64,000 bases of DNA from Selaginella moellendorffii (GCF_000143415.4 NW_003314306.1:1-64000), one strand, 5' to 3'; shown: positions 24,168-37,900, numbered from the stretch's first letter. Numbers and translations: made by a program. The notes: generated by a model from the letters alone, not told the origin.

Positions 24168-25270
24168 TACACACATCAGAGTGGACTAGCTCTAAAATCT
24201 CGGTAGCTCTTGTAGCAGCACCAGCCTTGAAAGGAAATCTGTGCTGCTTCGCAAGAATGCACGGCTAACAAAACCTCAGCTTCTGAGAAGTGATGTGAAG
24301 ACCTTCAACCATGCCTGAACTCGCGAGTTGTTTAATATCCCGGTAATTCGTGTGACCAAGCCGGCGATGCCATGTCTGGAGGTCAACCGCATGCTGAGGA
24401 CCTGCAAAAAGAAGCTGCTCGCTAGGCTTGACTGGATACTCCACCTCTGCATTCAGCCGGTAAAGGCCAGCATAACGCCTCGCCTCGCATTATAGCGCAC
24501 TGTGTCTTGGAAAAGAGAAGTTCGCAATCACGATCTGTGCCACTGACTGCTACAACCTGTCCTGTGGCAAATCGAACCTTGATTGTACCGAGTAGTCATC
24601 ACCGAGGTAAATTCGCTTCCCGTCTGGAACGTCTTCTAAATGCGAGAAAAGGCTTTGGGTCATATGCTGATTGGCTCCACTGTCAATCCAGATCACCTCT
24701 GTTCTTGGCAAGGGAATTTGACTCTGCTACAGCTTGAGCCATGAACAAGCAACCATCAGTGACAGCATCTTGCTCTGCTCGTGCGTAATTGGCGACTTTC
24801 TTCCCCTTCCTGATTTCCTTCTGGATCTTGGCCGCTTCATCTGTACAGTCCCGGGCGAAGTGTCCTGGCTTTTTACAGATATTATAGAGACCGTTAGTTT
24901 TGCGCTTCTTCTTTCTCTTTCGCTCGTTTTGACCTTCTTGTTTGCGTTCTTTGGCAGCATCCTCCTGGCGTGGCCCTAGCCTGTCCCAGATCGAGACTTT
25001 GGCCTTAGAACCAGCAAACATAGCCAAATCGCGAGGGATTTCTTCGAGAAACTGAGATCCTCCTAGCAAGGTTTCCAGTGTTAACATCTCGTTAACGACC
25101 TCATCAAAGGTTTTGGTGGCCACATATCCAGTGGCAGCAAGTTGAAACGCTGTTGGAATGCCCTTGAGAAACACCTGCTGTCCACTTTGCAAGAAGAAGG
25201 ACGAGTCCATTCAAGATTATGCAAGTAGTTTGAAGGATATAGCAAAGCAGATTGACACTCTTCAATCTCA
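24168..25270 (-). mobile_element. Ty1/copia gag C-terminus, protease and pre-integrase zinc finger
   Basis: Zinc knuckle (Y)NICKKPGHFARDC, protease WIDSGANQHMT, WHRRLGH...C*PC and LELVHSDVC. The segment 25190-25270 (KKDESIQDY) is gag on the opposite strand. Confidence 0.85.
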
Positions 25271-27132
25271 AGGGCATCGGGGCCAAATGTTCTTGCTACA
25301 CTCACCTTCACTCAACAATTCATATCATGTCATTGCTCCATTATTATATCTTCATTCCATCATCAGGGGCACTTTTCTGAAGAAAAAAAAGTCAAAGAAA
25401 GTAATAATAAATTGCTATGCATTGCATGTAGCAACGTTTGGTTTGCTTAATGGTAGTTTTATTATTACTTATTAATCTAATTGATCAAATAAAGTTTATA
25501 ATTATAAGCATGTTTGTAATTTATAAACACAAGATTAATCTTATTGCATATCAACCATTAGATAATAGAATAAAAAAGAATATACTAAAAAGGGTTTAGG
25601 AAAGTTTATAAATTATAAACATGTTTATAAATTATAAATACCAGATTAATCTAAATGAATACCAACCGTTAGATGGTAGAATATTCTAGAATATCCAAGA
25701 ATATTCTAGGTATATTCACTACCATCCCAGTCCTCCTATAGATTTGCTTAAGCAAACCAAAAATTAAGAAAGAAATATTATAGAAGAAGAAAAAGTGGAA
25801 TAAACTCCATATAAGTAAAAAGGTACTTTAGCTACTAAAACATAAATAAAAAACTTTATACCACTTACCCTTCTTTACATATAAGTCAGCATTTGAGATA
25901 AGAAATTATTAGAATAGTCTATATTTTTTAAAAAAATAGAAAAATTTCTCAAGAAAAAATCAATAGAAAAGTGTATTCTATTATGAGAGTAGAAAAATTC
26001 CTTAAAACAAAGACTTTCAATCACATTTATATCAAAGAAAAAACACTTAACCTAAAATTTTAGCAACCTTAAGAACAGAAAAAAGACTCCATTAATGAAA
26101 TAAAAACAAGATTCTTAACTTTATACACACATTCAACGTTTAGATTAATATGAAAAGAATAGAAAATATTTAACTCGCCACTAAAATAAAATAAAAAATC
26201 ATAAATGATCAATATATTAGAAGAAAAAGTTGGTGAAGGCTGAGAAAAAGAAAATGTTGAGAAAGAAAAAAAGGCAACAAGAAAAAATTATATAGTAAAT
26301 TGAAGAATTAATGCCTACTATATGAAATCTCTAACTTTTTTCTAAAGATACTTTATAAATTTTTCATTAAAAACCCATTTAAACTCATAAGCATCATCTT
26401 CCCAAAAACTCAATCCTCAAAATCCTTTAGAAATAAAATTATATCATCTATAACTTTCCAATTAATATCACAATAACAATCACTAGGAAATATCAAAACA
26501 CTAAGAACAAGAAATAATGCACTAAGGATTTACCATGAAGAAAGAAGGTAACGTAACTTTCCTCCAATTCTACATACACAACATTGTCACAGCTAAACAT
26601 ATAATTTTTACTATTGTATCACATATTTGATTCAGTTTTTAGTGTTGATCATGTTAGTATTATTTAAATCCTTGAGTCATCCTTGTCCATTGGAACTTCT
26701 ATTTCAAAGAGTCTGAAAAAAATTATAAAAGTTTATGACATTACAGAATGAGGACAACAAAGTAACATTTGTAGCCTTAAGAGATACATTCCTCTATTAA
26801 TAACAATATGGCATAAAAAAAAGAGAATGCAATGAAGAAAAATATTTTTCATAGTTACAATCTTATATTTGGTGAAAAGCTACAACAAAAATAAAGATGA
26901 AAAGAAGAATAATGGACTAAAAACAAAAACACAATCTTTAAGACTAAGAAAATCATTATAAAAAATTTATCCTTCAGAAACAATTTGCAATGCCCTATAA
27001 TTCTACCAATGTAAGTGTTTAAGATATGGGAATAGATATAAACTTTTAATTATATAGATTCAAACCCAATTGGATAGTTTATATGATACAGTACTATAAT
27101 TAGTGTATTACCTAATATGTATTTGTAGGCTT

Positions 27133-28845
27133 TGTGAGGTTCAAGGGTACAGCTTCAATGCTGTATATTAATATTAGCATAGTGGGATTTTGGTAGCTAT
27201 CAGATTGATTTCAATCTAAACCACTCACTCCTATATATAAACTAGTTTTTGGGCTAATTGATATGTATATTTTTTGTATTCTCTTTTCATATTCCATGCA
27301 CTTATATTGGTGGAGATAAGAGGCAATTTTGATTGTCTATAAAAAGTATTAGGATTTGGGATTTAAGTTTAGATCTAACTTTTGCATTGGGGTGAAAGCC
27401 TAAAGCGTGTATTCCTCAGGGGGGGTTATGGGGTTTCAAATATATAGTAGGGATAGTGGTTGGAATGCATATCTGACCACCTGAGACATTAGTTTAGCTC
27501 CTGTTGGGTTGTGTTGCTCCTTGTTCTGTGTCTAGTTTGGATTTAAGCCCAAACTCCATGCTACTCTAGTTGGTGGGGTACCCTCCTCTTCGCATTAGGC
27601 CATTGGTATGCCAAAATTGTGCCAGACTCCGTCTAACACCATTTTGCATGCAGGTGCTGGATACGGGGAGCTGATGCTCGTGGGATTGTACTAGACCCTC
27701 ATTTCATAGCGTAACGGGTTGGAGTTTGGCTCCAAATTCATGTGCACTACAGATTTGATGGGATCAACTAAGCAATGAGTATGTCAATATTGCTTCTAAC
27801 TACCTGACTCGCTAGATGGAAGTCGGTGCTCTTGTTAATGTGTCTATAACTATTATTAGATACTTCCTCCTCAATCAATTGATGTTCCAACATTCTTATC
27901 TAGAGCAGATTCTTTCAAATAATGGTCCCACATTTATGGCTAAGGCATTTCATGTTTTGATATCTCAATTGGGGATATGCCACACTTTTACAAGTGTTTA
28001 TCATCCATAATCAGACAATTTAGCTTGCTTGGAACTTCAAAGGGATGATTGCAAAGTACGTGAATTTTTAACATTTAGATTGGGATGGTTATTTGCCATC
28101 TCTTCTGTATGCGTATGCTATAAGGGTGCAGAGTTCTATTAGTGCTTCACTATATAAAGTTTTATATGGTCATGATCTAATTCTATTAATGGAGTTACTT
28201 TTGCGATTGCTACGGGCTGCCAATGCTAGGTTGTAGGATCAATATTTGATAAGCATTTTGGCATTTGTTTGAATAGAGTCTGCCAAACACCTAAGCCGCA
28301 TACAAGTGGGACAATAACGGCGTTATAACTCCCATCATTGTCCACATACAGAGTACAAAGTGGATGATTTGGTATTAGTCCATTTTCCCTATCTTATGGG
28401 ATGTAGGTTATCTAAAGGGCTCCTTGCTCAATAGGAAAATCTATATCAAGTGTTACGGCAAATTGAACCATAGGTTTATAAGGTTTAATATGACATCTAG
28501 TACGCTGATCCTCAAAAAATTGTGCATATACAGTGGTTGAAACACTTTGTACAAAGGGATTATGAACAATTGGCACCACCTAAAGATCCACCAATGCCTC
28601 CTTTTGCAAATCCTAGCCCATTTATAAAAGAACTTTAATGGTTTTTCATCATTCTGAGAGGAGGGGATGATATGAGGTCTAAGTGTATGGTTACAATGCC
28701 ATATATTAATATTAGGGTAGTGGGATTTTAGTAGGCGTTAGATTGGTTTTAATTTGGACCACTTGCTTTTATATATAAATTAGTGTTTTTGGGCTAATTA
28801 ATATGTATATTTCTATATTCCATTTCCATATTCCATGCATTCACA
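27133..28845 (+). mobile_element. Internally deleted gypsy-type LTR element with two ~175 bp LTRs
   Basis: LTR1 at 27133-27306 and LTR2 at 28671-28845 (TGTGAGG/TATGAGG...CATTCACA). PPT GAGAGGAGGGGATGA. Decayed integrase inside (ILSNNGPTF, TSVYHP). Confidence 0.75.
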
Positions 28846-29911
28846 GTCTTAGTTATTTACAATATACCTCTTTATTAAACAAATATATAAAATATGTTAT
28901 TAAGCAGTAATATTTAAAAATATTTTCCTAACTACAATACAGTTTATAAGCACTAATTCTATGGAAAAGAAATAATAGGTATAAATTTATATTTATAAAA
29001 CATTTTTAATAATTATTTTTAATATTGGATTGGGTAGTAATATATTAATTATCTTAAGCTTTTATTATTCTATATTCTAATTAAATGCATAATTAATTAA
29101 AATATTTCTAATACATAAATTAGTAATAACTAATAATAATTATTCTCTTGTTTTTTTATAAAATATTAATATAGATTTATACTATGTAAAAACATAATTT
29201 ACATACAACATCTAATTAATATTAGAAATTCCATTTAAACTTTTTCTTAGTTCAGGCAGTTTCCTAAATATATTCATATTTCCAAAAAATGCTTTGTATC
29301 TAATATTTTTAATAATATTTATTCTTACTTATATTAAATTTATATTATTAAGTTTACAATAGCAAAACTTTTCAGGAGTTATATAAATTTTACAAATAAT
29401 CCACATAGACTGTATTAAATGAAATCTTAGTTATTTTGAATTAATTTTACTAATTATCTTTAAAATTTTAATTTATAAATATTTATATTTTATTCTATTA
29501 AATCACTTAATTTAGGACTATAGTACTTTTAGCAATAGTTCTACTATAGAAGTCTTCCAAAGTTTTTATATATAGCAATCACTATGAATTGATCAAATGA
29601 ATAATATACATCATCTCCAGGATAAGAACTTTAGCTGAACTCAAGGATTGGCAGCAAGAGTAAGAGGAATTATATTACACACTATAAATATTACTATCAA
29701 CTGAGTTTGATTATTCAACTACAAGGATATAACATTGAGTAATTGCACCAATTATTGCTCTAGAATCAGAGGAAGAAGTTACTACTCTACCATGAAAATG
29801 AATGAAAAGGAAAGAATAAAAGAGAAGAAATTAAGAAAAGATATAAGAAAAAAGAAATCTAAATAATGCAAAAGCTAAATCTAAATCAAAATCCCAACAC
29901 TCTTTAGGAAC

Positions 29912-30103
29912 AATCAAAATTGCCCCTCATCTCCATTAATGTGAATGTATAGAATATAGAAATGGAATACAAAAATGTACATATTAATTAACCTAAAAAC
30001 TCTAGTTTATATACAGGAGCGAATAGTCCAAATTGAAACCAATCTAACGGCTACTAAAATCCCATTAGTATATGGCATTGTAGCTATACACTTGGACCTC
30101 ACA
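29912..30103 (-). mobile_element. Third LTR of the same family plus adjacent PBS-side sequence, inverted
   Basis: Reverse complement TGTGAGGTCCAAGTGTATAGCTACAATGCC...CATTCACA-TTAATGGAGATGAGGGGCAATTTTGATT matches 27133-27335. Confidence 0.75.
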
Positions 30104-30749
30104 AGGCTACATTTAAAAATATAATATATACTCCTATTATAAAGTTGATTAATTTTCTTGTATTAATAATTAAAGCTTTGATCATACATAATGTTGGGTT
30201 GCATATGTTTCAGTGATATCTAAACAGGCCATTTATATAGAATATACTATAATAATCAATTTCTAAAAGTTAATTTTGAACTAAAATTTTCTAAGATTAT
30301 ATTACTATACAAAACAGATTTTATGGAAATAATAAGCTTAGGTAAAGCTTATTATATTATTCATAAAGCATTAAAAATAATGTGAGAATACTAATACAGG
30401 TAAAATATTAAGAAAATTATATACATTAAATATTGCTCTAACCATATATTAACTCTATAATAGTAACTGTATCTGTACTATATCATTGAATTAGCTATTA
30501 GAACAATAGTGTAAATTATAAATTCAAAATCAAATTCAATTTAAAATATTTTAAATTGGATGTTTTTAATAAGCCATAAAATCTTTATACTTAATTTTTT
30601 ATCATAAGATTACACTACTAATAAAGGAGAGCTCTTTCAGTTAGTTATACTTTTGTACTTTTAAATTCAAGAAACGCAGATAAAAGTAAGTGTATATTTA
30701 TTTCTGTAGATTTAACTAAAAATTTGTTAAACAGAATTTCCAGAAAATC

Positions 30750-32250
30750 ATAGTGAAACTTGTCCAGTTTTCCATCCTCTATCATTTTCTCTCATCGCAG
30801 ACTTCTTTGGACAGTGTTTCAGGAGACTGTTTTTGCTCCCTGCAATTGAGAGCGGTTCTGTGCGAGGATTTTGCCGTAACCCAAGCCATCTTCCAGGTGC
30901 AAGCTCTCAGTGGCTGCTGGATACTTTTGCATCAAGAATCACCTCATGGGTACAACTTGTCATTGGTTAGATTATTGTGCATTGCCACCTACTCAGTGTT
31001 TGGCCAGCACCCAGCACACAGTGTCCCAATCTCTGCACCCATGAATTCACCAAGTAGAGAAAGTAAAAAACTTACCATCCTAATGACCATGTGGGTCTGC
31101 CACATTGAGGAGTAGGTGAGCCGTGAATGCCTCCTCTGCCGCCAGCAGCCAGTTCTTCAATGTGATGCCCAACATAATCCTCTCAGCACTGGGCATGCCA
31201 AAGGGGATGGTTAAGACCCTAGACACAGCATACACATACAGCTGCTATTGTGCAAGATCATCGAGACGTTGGAAGAAACACACTTCTGCCAGGAGAGCTG
31301 GTGCAATCCCTTCCTCTACCCACCATCCAATCGCAAGCCAAGCTTTGTATACCCAGCGCAGGCACGTGGTGCTGTGACCCACTGAAGTTCTGGATGTCGA
31401 GCTGAGTCGGCCAAAAGCCTAAGCATAGGGGAGCCATAAGACCTGTAGTCTCCAAGCTGCTGGATCTCAGTCCAGGTCCTCAATTAACTGTTGTTGCCAC
31501 CACATCATCACCCCCATCACACTCTAGCATTCTCTTTGATTCTCCATTTAGGAAACGTCCTTTGACCTTGTCATCATGCACCTGTGGCGTCATACCTCCC
31601 CCACCAGCATCACGCTCCACTCGTCCAGTGTTGCATTTCAATGAGACTATAAACCAGATCTCCAGCGCTGTGCCTTCCCACGGGGGCTGTGAATCACCGG
31701 GACCACACCCCTAGCTTCCTTCTTGGTCCCTCCAGTGCCTCGTCCCGATGAAGTCCCCATACTGAAGTCTTCACATAGGCCATTTCCTCCACAGTAACTA
31801 CGGAAAGGAGGCACAACACATCCCGGCTCAAACACATTGAGTCGACACTCTGTCTTTTCTTTCCACCACTCCCACCAGTTGCTCCACCGTCCGAAAGCCT
31901 CCTCCAGAACGTGCAGCAATTTCCCCTACCCAGATTGTACTCTCCCTCTCTGAACAAGGCATTGAAAAATAGAGGCTGGTTCAGCCAGTCCTCGGCTCTG
32001 CTAGGAATAACCTAGCCCACAGGAAAGGATGTCCACACCTTCTCTCAAGGGAAGGGACTTTGGGTCCTTCAGTGAAGAGCCAATTGTGTCTCCTCCACCC
32101 AGGGTTTTGCTTGGGATGTATGGTGAGAAGACTCTGCTGTAACAGGAGCTTCCATTGTTGGCTGCAAAAAGATCCTTCTAATGCATAGCCTTTGCCATAT
32201 CATTGGGATTTACAGCACCAAGCAGCGTCAATCCAGTGCGCAAGCAAGCT
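30750..32250 (-). mobile_element. Probable L1-type LINE ORF2 C-terminal remnant
   Basis: Trp-rich decayed frames (LGAVNPNDMAKA, QWKLLLQQ, DWLNQPLF) and a Cys/His cluster near 31000, as expected downstream of L1 RT. No RT core seen. Confidence 0.5.
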
Positions 32251-33022
32251 GCTCATTCTTCAATGATCTAAGCTATTACATATGGTCACGTGTGTACCAC
32301 GAACATCCCCGTGTTTGATCGGCGCAAGCTTCTCGGTGCTCGTCAACGGCCGCCTCCTGTAGGAAACTTCGCGGCTGGGGAGCTGCGGTAAATTGCAAGT
32401 TTTATCCGCGCAAACAAACAGGTGTCGCTCACACCTTCACCACCAGCCCCAATCCTCGCCAAAATATTTCGAAACAACAAGCGGTAAGAAACTGTGCCGA
32501 TAGGCCAGATCTGTAGTAGATTGACTAAGTATTATTACTATTTTATTTGGCACCATGTGAGGACCCGTAACTCGTGACACATGCCTCTCCAGTGGCTCTC
32601 ACCAATTATTAAAAATCATAAACAGGCAGGCTTGTTCACTAGATGACTCTTTTTCTTTCTCTGCCCGGCACCGGCTGGAGATACAGAGTGCTTTGAAACC
32701 CAGGCACACAGAAGATAAGCTGCTAAGTCATCCATTCCATAGAGTTCCAGCGCCTTCCAACATTGGGCACCTCAGAAATGAATACAGTACATTCCACAAC
32801 ACAAGTTCTTCAAGTAACCATTCTTCCAGGAGACAGGAGTGACTCCCTTTGCCGCTCTTCACCTTCATTTCTGTGAGCCAATGGTGGGATGATTCACAAA
32901 ACACACAACACACAAAGGGAAGTTTCGAAGTAAACTACAAGTATGCTTTTTATTGAGATTGAGAGCTCAATGTCCAACTAAATGTTGAAGTGAGAACTCC
33001 CGAAAGAAGGAAGCAAACCAAT

Positions 33023-33265
33023 CTAGCAAGGAACACAGGGCTGAGTGCACTTGCACTGCCTCATGTGGCATACACCATGGTTGCACTTCTGGCACTTGCC
33101 GCTGTCATAGTGGCACTTCCTGCAGTAGTCATCACAGCGGCGGTCTCCACCCTTGAGGCACGTGAGCGTGTGCTCCACACAGCCGTGCGCCGCATCCGTC
33201 CCGCTCAGGCTACTCGCCACCACCAGCAACACAAACACGAAGCAAAAGAACGAGACCTTGGCCAT
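33023..33265 (-). CDS. Secreted defensin-like cysteine-rich peptide (80 aa, 12 Cys in the mature part)
   Basis: Hydrophobic signal peptide, CxxxC, GxC and CxC motifs, ATG in GCAATGG context and an upstream TATA box. Confidence 0.85.
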   Translation of the reverse strand: MAKVSFFCFVFVLLVVASSLSGTDAAHGCVEHTLTCLKGGDRRCDDYCRKCHYDSGKCQKCNHGVCHMRQCKCTQPCVPC

Positions 33266-33350
33266 TGCGATCGAATCAATGGAACTCTAGAACAGAACAG
33301 AAAAGACCTTCACCGAAACTTATGTGCTGAACTCAGTGCAGATCTTGCTC

Positions 33351-33360
33351 GTTTATATAG
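33351..33360 (-). promoter_or_regulatory. TATA box of the defensin-like gene
   Basis: CTATATAAAC lies ~86 nt upstream of the ATG on the minus strand. Confidence 0.65.
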
Positions 33361-33679
33361 TGGTGGTTTCAGGATTCGGGATGGACTGCTGAGTAATGAC
33401 CTTTGTTTAAACATGTAAACGATGCAGGGCATGGCTGGTTCGGGGCGGATCGACACGTTGGTATCGTGGTAGCTGTACGCAGTGGCTGCCTGCTGCGTTC
33501 GGCCGCCGACAGTGCGGCTTTTGGAGATAAGTCAAAAAATTATTATGTTGAAAATACATGGTGGCACCTCTTCTGTGGATAGTGCTGCAAATAGTGGAAG
33601 TGATATGTCCAGGAATCTCCAATTTTTTCTAAACTGGAAATTTCTAGGTGGATGTTGTGTGTCGGTAGCCTGGAATGGA

Positions 33680-33718
33680 GGGCGTTCCGAGAGTCGAACT
33701 CGGGACCCCATACTCGCA
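33680..33718 (-). pseudogene. tRNA-Pro 3'-half relic
   Basis: TGCGAG....GGTCCCGAGTTCGACTCTCGGAACGCCC matches the plant tRNA-Pro T-arm and acceptor 3' strand. Confidence 0.6.
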
Positions 33719-33840
33719 GAAAATGCGTTCGTACAATGTATTTGTACATTTAGTTGTTGCCTGTGTCGGTAGGCTACAGTGTGCTGTACGCGCTGCAAAA
33801 GGTGCCGCCATGCAGCGAGAAAGGAACACGAGGCAAAGCC

Positions 33841-33915
33841 GCCACTCGGGGGATTCGAACCCGGACCACAACCTTTAGAGTGAAATGCAGTTCATAAACC
33901 TCACGACTATGTCAC
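33841..33915 (-). pseudogene. Degenerate tRNA-like relic or SINE head
   Basis: A-box-like TAGTCGTGAGG and B-box GGGTTCGAATCCC at tRNA-like spacing. The stems do not pair. Confidence 0.45.
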
Positions 33916-34369
33916 AAAGAGGCTGTACGACTCTCGAGATCATAAACAAAGCGGGTAGAGGGAATCGAATGTGCAACTTACCACTACATGCCACCTTATT
34001 TGCTAGGCATATATATCCAGAAGCGGCAGATGTGAGTAGTAGGCTCAAAGGATCTCATGAAACTCTATATCCACCTGATCTTTTCTCCTCCTCCTGATGA
34101 TGCAGATCAACGTGAAAGGTCTACCCATTTGTTTACAGAAGGGGTAGAGTTCCCAACAAGCAGATACTCCCTTTGTCACTGCGGAACAACCAGTAATTCA
34201 AGTTTTCAGTCTGGATCCTATTCAGTGGTTATGATCGACAAGGATGCTTCCAAACTCCCAGACTTTGACACCTTATGTCCACTACTGGTCCAACTCAGGA
34301 GATCGACTAAATGCTAGAGGCCTGCTCCACATCCTCCAGTATGGTAGAGTGGCTCAAGCAGACTTATCA

Positions 34370-34720
34370 ACTTGGGGATACTTCGCGAAGCTTTTACTGC
34401 GTTCCAAAGCTCTTTCCACGGCAAGAGGCAGCAGTGTTCCAAGTATCTCTTCCATCCCTCAAACGCTGCCTGGACCAGATTTTACGATACTTACAGGGCT
34501 ACCTCGAGCAAGCTTGTCAGTGTCCAATTGAGAGTGCTGCCCAATTTCCAGGACTATCTCGTGGAGCCCAAAGTTTCTCGGATGCGATCCAGCGTGTTCT
34601 CCAAAGCTAGACTCCACTGAGCCTTTCTCGAGGGTGTTCTACAGCTGCAATTGTGATTCTTCAAGCGTAAGTCCAGAACAATGCCATGGGGACTTCAGAT
34701 CCCGCTATCCTAGGAAACTG
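34370..34720 (+). pseudogene. GT37 fucosyltransferase 3' relic
   Basis: KLFPRQEAAVFQ, YLFHPSNAAW, TRFYDTY and KLVSVQLRVLPNFQD. Closest to the 50786-52294 copy. Confidence 0.85.
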
Positions 34721-34971
34721 GCTTGCACAAAAGTCAGGAAAGAAGGAATGATTTTGGAAGTCAAATTCACCATTTTTCTCGACATTATCGACTAGAAATT
34801 TCCAGAAAGAAGGTAAATATTACTTTTGGATCTTACAAAAAGGATTTTTCAAGTGTATCATTAGCACCATTTCACATTTAGTGACGATGAAATAAGTAGC
34901 ATTAGACTTTGAATTCAAGAGCTCGAGCATTATACAGTGTATAGGATATTGCAAAATCTCGTGTTGTTGAA

Positions 34972-37900
34972 CTATTGGTTGAGCTGCTCTAGCATTGCAA
35001 CCACGTCCTTGATGCTCGGACGCTGGCTGGGGTTGTATGCTGTGCACAGAAGACCCACCTGCACCAGGTTCCGAATCTCTACACCATGATCAGTATCAAC
35101 AAGAGCCAATGCTGGATCAAGCACTTGGCAGAGATCCTCTCTTCCTTCATCTAGAATCCACTCACGCAGAGTTTGGCCCCTCACTCGGAGACACTCACTG
35201 CTTGGAGCCACACCTGTTAGGAGCTCCAAAAGCACCACTCCATAGCTGTAGACATCGCCTTTGGTGGAAACTCGGTACGAAGTTCCATATTCTGTGCAGC
35301 AAAACAGGGACAGCAAAAGTTGAGCGACCTGGACCAATCTGAGAGAGACAGACAGTACCTGGTGGAGCATAACCAATGGTTCCTTTGAAAGCACTCACAG
35401 AAGTTTCACCATTCTCGCCATGGACCAACTTGGAAAGGCCAAAGTCTGCAACGTGGGGACTTAAGCCTGCATCTAAAAGAACATTTCCTGGCTTCAAGTC
35501 GCAGTGAATAACAGGGTCTTTGAGCTGGTTGTGCATGTAATACAGTCCCTGTGCAATACCTTCAGCTATCGTAAGTCTTATTTTCCAATCCAATCGGTGG
35601 CTATTTCTCGCTGCAAAGCTGGCCAGCGATCCGTTAGGCATGAATTCCAGGACGAGAGCTTTGACCTCCCACGTCCAGCAGTAACCCAGGACTTTGACGA
35701 GGTTCCTGTGCTTCAGCACATCCAGCATGTTGACTTCGGAAACGAAGCTCTTCAAGTCAGCGCAGCTTGAACTCAGCACTTTGACTGCGACTGTCTCGCC
35801 GTTGAGTGCGTTGGTTCCCTTGTAGACCTTGCTGAATCCGCCTGCTCCCAGAAGGTTCGCCTCGCTGAAGCAATCAGTCATTGCTGACAGCTCAAAGGCC
35901 GTGTAGGCTTTGAGACCTGCAGGAGAAAAAGTCATTCTGCTGCCAGTGACTTCAAGTTGCTTGATCCTCCAGCGATCCAAGAGGAACCAGCAACCCAAAG
36001 CTGCCACTAGAATGAAAATTGCAGCAGAAATCACTAATGTAGCACCCACTTTCCCCATAGACCTGTGCTTTGAAGCTGCAGCTGCTGACGACTCCTCCTG
36101 GCATGCTTTCTTCACAAGCTCGCCGCACAAACCTGGATTCCCACCCAAAGAGCTCAAGTTGAGCTTGAGAAAAACACCTTCCTGCGGGACAGGTCCTTGA
36201 AGATTGTTCATGGAGACGTTGAGGGAGCTCAAACCCGACAGAGTTGCCAGCGACTTCGGTATTCTGCCCGTTAAGTTGTTAGAAGAAAGATCCAAAGTCA
36301 CAAGCGACTTGAGCGTACCAAGTCCTTCGGGTATCTGACCGACCAACCTGTTAGAAGAAAGATCCAAGCTTTGCAGGCCTTTGCAGTCAGCAATGCTGCT
36401 TGGAATTTCTCCTGAGAGGGAGTTTGATGCAAGAGATATTGAGAGCACCTTGTCCATGTTCTTGATCCAGGACGGGATTGGGCCAGCCAAGGAATTGTGA
36501 GACAAATCGAAGCTAACCTGCAAATCGTGCAAATTTCCAAGACCTGCGGGTAAGAGACCTGAGAGCATGTTGTTCGAGAGGTTAAACAGCTGAAGTTTGG
36601 TAAGCCTGCCCACGCTCGCGGGAATTTTTCCTCGAAACTTATTTTCGTCCAGTCTCAAGCCGGTCAGGCTGTGCATATCACCAAGCTCTTCCGATAGAAA
36701 TCCTTCCAACTTGTTATAAGACAGCACGAGCACCTCCAAATGCGAACACCTCCTGAGAGCCGCAAACGGAACCTCCCCTGAGAGATAATTCCCGTGCAAG
36801 TAAATCCCCTGGATGCTCGCCAGAGAGGCAAAGCTATCAGGAATGCTGCCGCTGAGCCTGTTGTAAGACATAGCCAAGTGATACAGCTCCGTAAGTGTGC
36901 CAAGACTCGATGGAATTGGGCCGCTGAATTCATTCTCGTACAGCTGGAGTTGTTGTAGTCGGACCAAGCTGCCGATTTCTTCAGGAACTTTACCCGAGAA
37001 GTGATTATCCCCCAAATCCAGGACCTTGAGCTGCGTACAGTTCGTGAGAGCCGAAGGAAACGGACCCGATAACCGGTTGCTCATTATCCGAAACACTTGA
37101 AGTTCCCCGAGAAAAGCAAGCGAAGGTGGTAAGCCTCCAGAGAAGTTATTCATCTGCAGCTCTACATCCACTAGCAGGCTGCAGTTCCCAAGCGAAGCCG
37201 GCAATTCCCCAGTGAGATTGTTGTCATACAAGAACAAGGTGGTGAGCTTCGTCAATCTCCCCAGTGACTGAGGCAAGCTGCCGGTTAGCCTGTTCGAGTA
37301 CAGCAGAAGTTCGGTGAGTTCCTCCAGGTGGCCGAGCTCATCGGGAATGGAACCAGTGAGATTGGTCTCGAAAATGGATAAGAAGGCCAACTTCTTCAAG
37401 GAGCCGAGCTCGGTCGGTATGCTGCCGGTTAGCCGGTTTTGAGAGAGCTCCACATCTTCAAGCTGGGAGCAATTTGACAAAACCGGTGGTATGGATCCTT
37501 CCAGCTCGTTGGCGTAGAGGTAGAGAAGTCTCAACCTTCGAAGCTGGCCAAATGAAGGTGGTATGCTTCCGCTCAACTTGTTGGAGTATAGTATGAGTTC
37601 TTCCAGTCGTGTGAGGCCGCCAATCTGTTCTGGAATCCTTCCCGTTAGCCTGTTTTCGAAGAGGTACAAGCTCTGAAGCATTTCCAGACGGCCCAGCGCT
37701 TCAGGGATACGTCCTGTCAATCCATTCTTGGCGAGCTCTAAATCTGTGAGCAATGAGCAGTTCCCGAGCGAAGGTGGTATTGAGCCGTGCAGCAGATTCT
37801 CGTGGAGATGGAGGCCGCGAAGGCGATGAAGGTTGCCGAGCGAATGAGGGATGGCTCCTGTGAGTAGGTTGGAAGCTAGAAACAGCCCCTGGAGCGATGT

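Noticed and set aside
35195-35358. C-terminal tail of the 1035 aa RLK ORF suggesting a truncated kinase
   Set aside because: Read-through into a 67 bp intron; splicing restores kinase subdomains VIII-XI.
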